A stretch of 64,000 bases of DNA from Clostridium sp. 26_22 (GTDB lineage: Bacteria > Bacillota > Clostridia > TANB77 > CAG-508): assembly GCA_001916005.1 (NCBI GenBank), contig MNRP01000045.1, forward strand, positions 19,843 to 83,842. The letters run 5' to 3'. The position numbers and the translations under genes were made by a program. Below are positions 49,136-57,955 of this stretch, in pieces (the stretch's first letter is position 1; every line of letters starts with the position of its first letter). The notes under the pieces were generated by a model. The model saw only the letters and a list, made by a program, of their open reading frames with translations. It searched no databases and was not told the origin of the DNA.

Positions 49136-49495
49136 ATGAAGAAAACAGGGAAAATAATAATTTTATTTGCAATAATATTTTTTGCAATATCAATATTCAA
49201 TTTAAGTTATTCAGCAGATGTAAAATTTAGTGCTGATACATATAAACCATCTGACTTAACAAAAGATGATACAAAAGTTGCCTTCGATAAAGCAGGAATT
49301 GTATTAGGGGCAGTAAGAAATATTAGTGTAGTTGTATCAGTTATTACATTAATGGTAATTGGTATAAAATATATGTTTGGCAGTGTTGAAGAAAGAGCAA
49401 ATTATAAACAAACAATGATACCGTATGTCATAGGATGTGTATTGGCAGCTGGTGGAACTACTATTGTTACATTTATATATAATGCTGTTAGGTAA
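49136..49495 (+). CDS. VirB2/TrbC-like small secreted membrane protein, paralog 1
   Basis: Signal peptide, variable segment, then TM-KYMFGSVEERANYKQ-TM. GGAAGGTGG RBS. Confidence 0.5.
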   Translation: MKKTGKIIILFAIIFFAISIFNLSYSADVKFSADTYKPSDLTKDDTKVAFDKAGIVLGAVRNISVVVSVITLMVIGIKYMFGSVEERANYKQTMIPYVIGCVLAAGGTTIVTFIYNAVR

Positions 49496-49521
49496 AATAT
49501 AAAAAATAAGAAGGTGAGTGT

Positions 49522-49920
49522 GTGAAGAAAATCATTACAAAAATATTCATAGTTATTTGTATGATGAATATGATTGTTTTTAATATTAATACAGTCCAGG
49601 CTAGTGCATTAGGTAATGTTTTTTCAGGAGGAGATGCATTTATTTTAGCTGGAAAGAAGGGGGAGGCAACATTAGATACAGATAAATTGCAATCTGCTTC
49701 ATCTGATATATATAATATTTTATTAGTAATAGGAATATGTGTAGCTATTATAACTATATCTATATTAGGAATAAAATTTATGATTGGGTCAATAGAAGAA
49801 AAAGCCCAAGTTAAAGAAGCATTAGTACCATTCATAATAGGATGTATTGTTGTTTTTGGAGCATTCGGAATATGGAAAATAGTTACACAAATAGGAAGTA
49901 TGATTCCAACGATATTTTAA
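49522..49920 (+). CDS. VirB2/TrbC-like small secreted membrane protein, paralog 2 (GTG start)
   Basis: Signal peptide ending VQA, variable segment, then TM-KFMIGSIEEKAQVKE-TM. AAGGTGAG RBS. Confidence 0.5.
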   Translation: MKKIITKIFIVICMMNMIVFNINTVQASALGNVFSGGDAFILAGKKGEATLDTDKLQSASSDIYNILLVIGICVAIITISILGIKFMIGSIEEKAQVKEALVPFIIGCIVVFGAFGIWKIVTQIGSMIPTIF

Positions 49921-49995
49921 ATAGTTATTAAAATTTACTTAGAAAAATACTAGGTAATTATAATATAAAAAATATTAAATAAAGGAGGAAATAAA

Positions 49996-50349
49996 ATGAA
50001 AAGAACAGCAAAAATATTTACAATGATATTATTAGTTATGACATTAATTGCATTTTCAACAAGTGTATTTGCAGCTGGTGGACAAATAAAACCAGATTCA
50101 TTAACTGCTACATATGGTGATAATGATGGTGGTTTATCAAATAAAGCTGGACAAATAATGGGAATGATTAGAAATGTTGCTGTAATTGCAGCTGTAATTA
50201 TATTAATGGTTTTAGGTGTAAAATATATGCTAGGAAGTGTTGAAGAAAAAGCTGATTATAAAAAATCTTTTATACCATTAATTATTGGTATTGTATTAGT
50301 AGTATCAGCAACAGCAATTGCAACATTTATATTTAATATGGCTGCATAG
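49996..50349 (+). CDS. VirB2/TrbC-like small secreted membrane protein, paralog 3
   Basis: Signal peptide ending VFA, variable segment, then TM-KYMLGSVEEKADYKK-TM. AAGGAGGA RBS. Confidence 0.5.
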   Translation: MKRTAKIFTMILLVMTLIAFSTSVFAAGGQIKPDSLTATYGDNDGGLSNKAGQIMGMIRNVAVIAAVIILMVLGVKYMLGSVEEKADYKKSFIPLIIGIVLVVSATAIATFIFNMAA

Positions 50350-50350
50350 A

Positions 50351-50383
50351 AAAAAGAGTAATTTAAAATTACTCTTTTTTTTG
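50351..50383 (+). terminator. Terminator/attenuator after the three pilin-like genes
   Basis: Stem AGAGTAAT / ATTACTCT flanked by A6 and T8. Confidence 0.65.
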
Positions 50384-50535
50384 TGTTTATAAAGAAATTT
50401 ATATTTAGTATATTACTGTAATGTTACAAAAATATTAAATTTCCACTTTTTTAATAAAAATATATACAATTTTCCACAATTTATGCTATAATATAAAGTG
50501 TATAGTTATAAATTGTAAATACGGAGGAAAAGAGG

Positions 50536-50886
50536 ATGCAAACATATGAAATACCAAGAAATTATAAAGGAGAAGGAAGAATATTATATATTTTTTCTAC
50601 TAAAGCATTAATATATACTTCAGTTGGTGCTGGAATAGGGATAATATTTTATTTTATATTTAAAATGATAGACTTAGGTGTAGTAGGATTAATAATAACT
50701 GCTATTCTGGGTTTAATAGGATTTTGCATAGGGACACTAAAGATACCAGAGTCTAATGCTTTTGAAATAACAAGAAAAGCAGGAGGAGAAAATCTTGATG
50801 ATATTATTATAAGATGGATAAAGTTTAAGAAAAATGGCAAGAAGATATACATATATACAGACAAGGAGGAAACAAAAGATGAATAA
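50536..50886 (+). CDS. PrgI/TcpE-family (VirB3-like) small membrane protein
   Basis: 116 aa. IPRNYKGEGRILYIF, then two TM helices and a basic C-terminus. Immediately upstream of the VirB4 region. Confidence 0.5.
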   Translation: MQTYEIPRNYKGEGRILYIFSTKALIYTSVGAGIGIIFYFIFKMIDLGVVGLIITAILGLIGFCIGTLKIPESNAFEITRKAGGENLDDIIIRWIKFKKNGKKIYIYTDKEETKDE

Positions 50887-52108
50887 TGATCAACTAATTA
50901 ATTTATTTACTATTTTACTTTTTATTATGATAGGTATACTAGCAATTTTATGTATAATATTTATTGTATTAAAGTTAAAAAGTAATCAGCATCAAAACAA
51001 GAATAAAAATAAAAGTAAAGTAAATTCAGGCATTGATAAAAATTCAAAAAAAGAAATTACTACAATTTATAATAAACAATCGATTTTTAAATTTATGGAA
51101 TTTGATAAAATAGAAGATAATATGATTACTCAAAAAGATGGAAAAAGATTTTTAATGGTAATTGAATGCCAAGGAATAAATTATGACTTAATGTCTGGAT
51201 TGGAAAAGAATAGTGTAGAACAAGGATTTTTGCAATTCTTAAACACATTAAGATATCCAATACAAATTTATGTACAAACAAGAACTGTAAATTTAAGTAG
51301 TAGTATTGATAAATATAAAGAAAGAGTGGATGCTGTTTCAAAAGATTTAGTAAATAAACAAATGCAATATAATCAAAAAGTTAGATCAGGATTATATGAG
51401 CAAGAAGAATTGGACAAAGAAAAATACGAAATAGTAAGACAAAAAAATTTATATGAATATGGTGTTGATATTATTAATAATACAGAAAGAATGAGCTTAA
51501 ATAGAAATATTTTAACAAAACAATATTATGTAATAATTCCGTGCTATCCAGAAGAAGTAAATAATACTGATTTTGATAAGGAAGAAGTTGCCAATATTGC
51601 ATTTTCAGAATTATATACAAAAGCTCAAACAATTATAAGTTCTTTATCTGTTTGTGGTATAAATGGAAAAATATTAAATTCTGTTGAACTAGCTGAATTA
51701 TTATATGTTGCATATAATAGAGATGAATCTGAAGTGTTAGATTTGCAAAAGGTTTTAAATTCTGGATATGAAGATTTATATTCAACAGCTCCAAATGTAT
51801 TTGATAAAAGAATGAAAGAATTAGATTTGAAAATAGAAGAAGATGCTATTAAAAAAGCTAATGATGTAGTTTTAGAAACAATGGAAATAAGTGAAAAAGA
51901 AAAAAAGGCAAAAAGAAAAGAACAATTATTAGATGATTTAATACAACAAATGGCAGTATCTTTGATAAAGGAAAATGAACCAGTTATAGGCAAAGATATT
52001 GCAGATAAAGCAAGAGAAAGATTGGAAAACGAAAAAACGAAAGAGGAAGGGGGAAAAGAAGATGAGAAAAAAACAAGAACAAGAAGAAAATCTACAAAAT
52101 CAATTTAA
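50879..52108 (+). CDS. Bitopic T4SS-associated protein of unknown family (N-terminal TM; central domain homologous to the 29722-30258 product)
   Basis: AAGGAGG lies 8 nt before the ATG at 50879, which overlaps the stop of the previous gene. TM segment LINLFTILLFIMIGILAILCIIFIV. Charged K/E-rich C-terminus. Confidence 0.55.
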   Translation: MNNDQLINLFTILLFIMIGILAILCIIFIVLKLKSNQHQNKNKNKSKVNSGIDKNSKKEITTIYNKQSIFKFMEFDKIEDNMITQKDGKRFLMVIECQGINYDLMSGLEKNSVEQGFLQFLNTLRYPIQIYVQTRTVNLSSSIDKYKERVDAVSKDLVNKQMQYNQKVRSGLYEQEELDKEKYEIVRQKNLYEYGVDIINNTERMSLNRNILTKQYYVIIPCYPEEVNNTDFDKEEVANIAFSELYTKAQTIISSLSVCGINGKILNSVELAELLYVAYNRDESEVLDLQKVLNSGYEDLYSTAPNVFDKRMKELDLKIEEDAIKKANDVVLETMEISEKEKKAKRKEQLLDDLIQQMAVSLIKENEPVIGKDIADKARERLENEKTKEEGGKEDEKKTRTRRKSTKSI

Positions 52109-54023
52109 TGACTTTAAAGAAGAAGATATAAGAATATTAAAGAAAAAAAGTATAAAAGAATTGATTGCCCCATCAGGGATAGATGTTTCTAATATAGATC
52201 ATATGGAAATAATTTCAAACACTAAAAGATATGCTAGAAGTTTTTTTGTATCATCACTTCCTAGAATGTGTACTTTCCCAGAATTATTTAGAGATTTATA
52301 TATGTTTGGAGATACCAATACTTCAATATATATAAATCCTATAAAAGAAGAAAAATCACAAAATGATTTAAATAGAGTAATTAATGAACTAGAAACAGAA
52401 AGAATTTTAGCAGCTGATAAAGGTAATATAAATAGAGAGAGTACAATTGCTCAAAAAAGATTAGAAGCAGAACAGTTAAGAGATGAGATTGCTGCAGGAT
52501 TTAATAAATTATTTGAAGCTTCTATAATATCTACATTATATGCATATAGTTTGGAAGATTTAGATAGATATACAAAATTATTATCTTCTGAGATGTCAAA
52601 AACATTGGTTGGAATAAAATCAGCATGGGGGATGCAAGAAGAAGCATTCAAATCAAACCTACCATTTATGAATAATCAAATAAATAAAACACACACATTT
52701 GATAGAAATTCAATGGGAACAGTATTTCCGTTTACGACTTCAGAAATAGGACATCCTACCGGAGTACCAATAGGATTTAATAAACAAACAGGAACACCTA
52801 TTTTATTTGATAATTTTCATTCATCTCTTACAAATTATAATATGGTTATATTTGCTAAGTCTGGTGCGGGAAAATCTGTAACAATGAAAACTTTAATTTC
52901 AAGGTCATCTATTTTAATGGGAATAGAGAGTCTAGCTTTAGATGCAGAAGGTGAGTATACAATAGTTGCAGAGAGTTTGGGAGGAATAAATGTAGTAATT
53001 AGTCCAAATTCAAAAACAATTATTAATTTATTTGATATAGAGCCAGAGATTGTTAAAGATGAAATAACTGGAAAAGAAAGAGGAATATTAAACGTTGAAA
53101 ATAAAGTAGAAGATGTTACACAAGCTTTATTAACTATGGCTAGAGGTAGTACAAGAAGTGATGAAGTAAATGAGTTAACAAAACAAATTATTGCTGAAGC
53201 AGTTGCTGAAGAATATGCAGCACTTGGTATAAATAGTAATCCAGAAAGTTTATACAAATCTATAAATGAAGGGATTTCTAAAGGAAATATTTTTTCAAAA
53301 GAGAAAAAAGAAATGCCTACAATAGGATCATGGTATAAAAGAATAGAAAGAAAAGCAAAAGAAAATACAAATAAAGATTATCAATATCATTATAGTTATT
53401 TGTTAAAAGTTATGAAACAATATATAAGGGAATATGATGGTCAAATGGCTTATTTTGATGGACAATCTACATTTGAATTACTTGAAGGAGCACCATTTAT
53501 TAACTTAGATATTTCTCAATTAGAAGAAAGATTTGCAAGACCATTAGCACAACAAATATTGCTTTCTTGGATTTGGGAAAAATTTGTTAAGAAAAATAGT
53601 GAAGATAGAAAAAAAGCAACACAAAAGAGAGTTTTGGTAGATGAAGCATGGATGTTATTACCATATCCAGAGGCTGTTGATTTCTTAAATAAAATGGCAA
53701 GACGTGCAAGAAAAAGAAATGTTTCTTTGGCAATAATTTCACAAAGATTTCAAGATTTTTATGAAAAACCAGAAGCACAAGCAGTATTAACATCTTCAGA
53801 TACAAAACTATTTTTAGCACAAGATAAATCTGAAATTCAATACTTAAAAGAAGTATTTAAACTTTCAGAAGGTGAGGCTAACTTTTTAGTAACTTGTCAA
53901 AAGGGTGAGGGATTATTAAAGGTTGGTTCAGACTCAGCAATTTTAAAAATTATGCCAACGAAAAAAGAATTTGAGTTTGTTGAAACAAACTTGAATGAAA
54001 TAGCGAAAAATAGTAATGCATAA
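52062..54023 (+). CDS. VirB4-family T4SS ATPase (TcpF/PrgJ/ConE-like)
   Basis: ELIAPSGIDVSNIDHMEII..RYARSFFV N-terminal motif, Walker A IFAKSGAGKSVTMK, Walker B RVLVDEAWML. GAGGAAGGGGGA RBS before the ATG at 52062, which overlaps the upstream gene by 47 nt. Confidence 0.85.
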   Translation: MRKKQEQEENLQNQFNDFKEEDIRILKKKSIKELIAPSGIDVSNIDHMEIISNTKRYARSFFVSSLPRMCTFPELFRDLYMFGDTNTSIYINPIKEEKSQNDLNRVINELETERILAADKGNINRESTIAQKRLEAEQLRDEIAAGFNKLFEASIISTLYAYSLEDLDRYTKLLSSEMSKTLVGIKSAWGMQEEAFKSNLPFMNNQINKTHTFDRNSMGTVFPFTTSEIGHPTGVPIGFNKQTGTPILFDNFHSSLTNYNMVIFAKSGAGKSVTMKTLISRSSILMGIESLALDAEGEYTIVAESLGGINVVISPNSKTIINLFDIEPEIVKDEITGKERGILNVENKVEDVTQALLTMARGSTRSDEVNELTKQIIAEAVAEEYAALGINSNPESLYKSINEGISKGNIFSKEKKEMPTIGSWYKRIERKAKENTNKDYQYHYSYLLKVMKQYIREYDGQMAYFDGQSTFELLEGAPFINLDISQLEERFARPLAQQILLSWIWEKFVKKNSEDRKKATQKRVLVDEAWMLLPYPEAVDFLNKMARRARKRNVSLAIISQRFQDFYEKPEAQAVLTSSDTKLFLAQDKSEIQYLKEVFKLSEGEANFLVTCQKGEGLLKVGSDSAILKIMPTKKEFEFVETNLNEIAKNSNA

Positions 54024-54043
54024 AGAGTAGGAGGAAAAACTTT

Positions 54044-56960
54044 ATGAAAGTTTTCGAAAATCAAAAAATTTTCAAAAAATTAATTATTGTATTTTTAAGT
54101 ATATTAGTAATAAGTATATTTGTACCAAATATTGTAGAAGCAAAAAATGGAGCAAAAAGTGTAGGTGGAATTTTATTAGATCCTCTTATGTCAATGTTTG
54201 TTGGACTAAGTGATGGTGCAATTACATTATTACAAAAATTAGTATTACATACAGATGGAGCATTAATTCAAATTAATACTAGTACAAGTGGAATTGCAAA
54301 AGTATTGGGAATTGTTGTGGCAGTAGCTATTGTTGTAGGCGGAATTATAGCGGTAGTTGCTTCAGGTGGAGTATCATTATCAATAATAGGTCCAGTTTTA
54401 ACTGTTTTAAAAACAGGAGTTATTGCAGGAGTTATAACTTTTTGTGTTTCTGGTTATATTGCAAATGCTGTACTTCCCGAAGATTTTGTTTTACCACAAA
54501 TTAAACTGACTCCATATGAGATATTTGCTAACCAAGTGCCGTTATTCGATGTAGATTTTTTTAACCCTAAAAAAGATATAGAGACAAATACTTATGAAAA
54601 TGAAGAAGCTTTAAAAATTGGAATACTTTCAGAAAATTTAGAAGAAACATTAAAAGAATTACGGTATTTCTGTTACAGAGTCTGAAATAAATTCAAATAG
54701 GTCAGATCTTGGACAAGAAGAAATTTCAGATATGTATGAAAAACATAAATATGAAAATGTAATTAAAGAAAATAATGGTAATACCTATAAATTTGTTATT
54801 CATGAAGAAAATAATGGAGTTAATATCACAAAGACTACATATGATATTTATACTGTTAAAGTAAAGACCGAAAAAGAATATACATCGACAGCATATCAAT
54901 TGCGTACGGTGGTAGCTAATTGGTATATAATATTGAGAAATATGTCATTGGTAGCATTATTATCAATTTTAGTATATGTAGGTATTCGCATAATGATATC
55001 AAGTACTGCTGCAGATAAATCCAAATATAAACAAATGTTAATAGATTGGCTTGTTGCTATATGTTTATTGTTTGTATTACACTATATAATGGCTTTTGCA
55101 AATTTAGCAGTTAAAAAAATTATAGATGTGGTAGATTCTACTGCTGTTGTTAATAATTCTAATAGTTTGCCAGATGATGTTAAAGGAATAGGGATTTCTG
55201 AAGATGGAGTAGTTGTTTCTCAGGGAAATCAATTATTCGAAATAACACAGAAAAAACAAGTAGATAAAGCATGGAAGGTTTTAGTAGAACAGAGAGCAAA
55301 AGTCAATAATGTTAATGAAAATGAAACAGAATTTTATAATTTATTTCAAAACAATAAAACAAAATTGTATTGGCCAACAAGTAATTTTACAGAACAAGCT
55401 AGAATGATGTTACAATATGTAGATGAAGATAGTGATGCTAGTAATTATGCATATGCTTCAATAGGATATAAATTAATATATTGTATATTAGTAATATATA
55501 CGTTTGTATTTGTATTTACATATGTTAAAAGGACAATATATATGGCATTTTTAACATTAATAGCACCATTAGTTGCATTAACATATCCAATAGATAAAAT
55601 GAACGATGGGCAAGCACAGGCATTTAATAGATGGATTAAAGAATATATTTTTAATTTACTAATTCAGCCATTACATTTAATTTTATATATGGTTTTAATA
55701 GGAAGTGCATATGAATTTGCTGCAAAAAATATAATTTATGTTGTAGTTGCATTAGGATTTTTGACACCTGCAGAAAAATTACTACGTAGTTTCTTTGGAT
55801 TTGAAAAGGCACATACACCTGGATTATTGGGTGGACCTGCTGGAGCAGCTATTATGATGAATGGTGTAAATAGATTGTTAGGAAAACCTCCTCATAAAGG
55901 ACCGGATGGAAAAGGACATGGAAATGTCGGAGAAAAAGGTGGAGATGAAAAAATAAATTATAAAGATAGCTTGAATATGAGTAACTTATATGGAGAAGGA
56001 GACTCAAATGCAGATGAGATTGCAAACATTAGAAACAATGTTAATAATGCAAGTAATAATAAAAACATGGAAAAAGCTACTAATTCTAAAAGGAAGCTTT
56101 CAGAAGTTGCTCAAAATGTTAACAAAACAAACGATATTTCAAAATTTGCTACGAATGCTAACAAAGAAAAAGGCATTACAGGAAATGTAAAAACACCTTT
56201 AAAAGGAATTAATGGAAGAAATGATATAAGAAAGAATAAAAGTGTACTTAGAGGATTTAAAAATGTAGGTAACAAAATAAAATATAAAGCATCCAAAGAA
56301 AAGCCATTAAGAAAATTAGCAGGAATGGGAACTGGATTACTTGGAGCAGGAGTTGCTGTTACTGCTGCTGGATTAGCTGGTATAACGTCTGGAGATCCTT
56401 CAAAAGCTGCTCAATATATGATAACAGCAGGTATGGGAGGATATAAATTAGGGACAGGTGTTCCAAATGTTATTACAGATTTAGCAAACTCAGGAGGAGA
56501 ATATGCTGATGCTTTCAAAGAGGGATATTATGATTATGATGAAATGCAAGAAAGAGAAATTAAGAAAAGATATAAAGAATTAAGAAAAGATAGTGAATTT
56601 AACAGAGAGATGGAAAGAACTTTACAAAAACAGCATATTGATGCAACTCCAGAAAAGGTATTTGATGAGATTGGAGAAGACTTTGTAAGGTATGACTTTA
56701 ATGCAAATGAAACGGCTGCTATATATCAAAGAATGCAACAAGGTTATGATAAAGATGATGCTATGAGACAAGTTCAATTTGTTAAAAAATATGGTAAGAG
56801 TACATCATCACTAGGTCATAAAGACGATGAAGATTTACAAAAAACACTTATTGATAGAATAAGAAAGAATAGTAGACAAGGTACTGATGAACAAGAAATA
56901 GAAAGAAGAGCAAAGCAACTTAGAAAAAATTTGGATGAAACAAGTAAGCTTCTATACTAA
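54044..56960 (+). pseudogene. Large polytopic VirB6/ConG/TcpH-like membrane protein, apparently split by one extra nucleotide (ORFs 54044-54685 and 54732-56960)
   Basis: The 0 frame reads ...TLKEL-R(CGG 54662-54664)... and stops at 54685. The +1 frame is open from 54654 and runs G-I-S-V-T-E-S-E...D-M-Y-E-K into the 742-aa ORF. There is no convincing RBS before the ATG at 54732. Both parts contain multiple TM helices. Confidence 0.6.
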
Positions 56961-56985
56961 TATTGAAAAGCGAGGATTATAAGTT

Positions 56986-57945
56986 ATGCATAAAATTATA
57001 AGATTTTATAATCAAAACAGAAAACAAATTATAAGGGTTATAGCAATTATAACCTTTATAATTATTTTAATACAAATGCTTAATTATATTTATAAAAATA
57101 AAACAGACAATAATAACCAAAGTTATATAAATGAAAATAGTAATTATAATATTGGGAATTTTGGAACTATTGTTTCAAATAAGTCTGCTGTAACAGATAC
57201 AAAAGTGGATAACGAGAAGTTGAATGATGATGTGAATGTTATTAATGAATTTATAGAAAATTGTAATGAAAGAAATATAGAAAAAGCATATTCTGTACTT
57301 TCGAATGAATGTAAAGAAGAAATGTATCCTACGGCAAAAGATTTTTATGATAATTATTATATAATGGTTTTTAACAATAATAAATTAGAATATAGTGTTG
57401 AAAATTGGATTCAAGATACATATGAAGTAAAATTTATAGAAGATATGTTAGCAACAGGAAAAATTAATGAAGAAAATAAACAGGATTATATAACAATAGT
57501 AGAAGAAGATAATAGTTTAAAAATTAATATTAATAATTATATTGGGAGAGAAATCTTAAATAAAAAAATTGAAAATAATAATATAATATTGAATTTAATT
57601 CAAAAAGATATATATATGGATTATGAAGTATATAAGATAACAATAAAAAATAATACAGGAAAAAGTATTTTATTAGCTCCAGAAGACAAAACAAATACTA
57701 TATATTTGCAAAATACTAATGGTGGTAAATTCTATGCTGCAAATAGTGAATTGCTAAAAGAAGAATTATTATTAGAAAACAATTATTCACATACGATAGA
57801 TGTAAAATTTAATAAAACATATTCTTATAGTAATAATATAGAAAGTTTATCTTTTTCTAATGTGATATTAGATTATGATACATATTCAAATTTAAGTGAT
57901 AAAGATGAAGATAAAGATATTTATGATTTGCAAGTAAATTTATAG
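56986..57945 (+). CDS. Bitopic membrane protein, VirB8/TcpC-like candidate (N-terminal TM plus extracytoplasmic domain)
   Basis: TM segment VIAIITFIIILIQML. The segment FIENCNERNIEKAYSVLSNECKEEMY resembles the NTF2-like lead-in also seen in the 60896 ORF (ISAINDESYKYAYSLLSDSFKQ). Confidence 0.35.
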   Translation: MHKIIRFYNQNRKQIIRVIAIITFIIILIQMLNYIYKNKTDNNNQSYINENSNYNIGNFGTIVSNKSAVTDTKVDNEKLNDDVNVINEFIENCNERNIEKAYSVLSNECKEEMYPTAKDFYDNYYIMVFNNNKLEYSVENWIQDTYEVKFIEDMLATGKINEENKQDYITIVEEDNSLKININNYIGREILNKKIENNNIILNLIQKDIYMDYEVYKITIKNNTGKSILLAPEDKTNTIYLQNTNGGKFYAANSELLKEELLLENNYSHTIDVKFNKTYSYSNNIESLSFSNVILDYDTYSNLSDKDEDKDIYDLQVNL

Positions 57946-57955
57946 AAATAATAGA

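Noticed and set aside
50466-50480. A DnaA-box-like TTTTCCACA upstream of the VirB3-like gene of module B
   Set aside because: It is a single one-mismatch box 13 kb from oriC inside a promoter-like AT-rich region, and a chance occurrence is expected in a 64-kb window.
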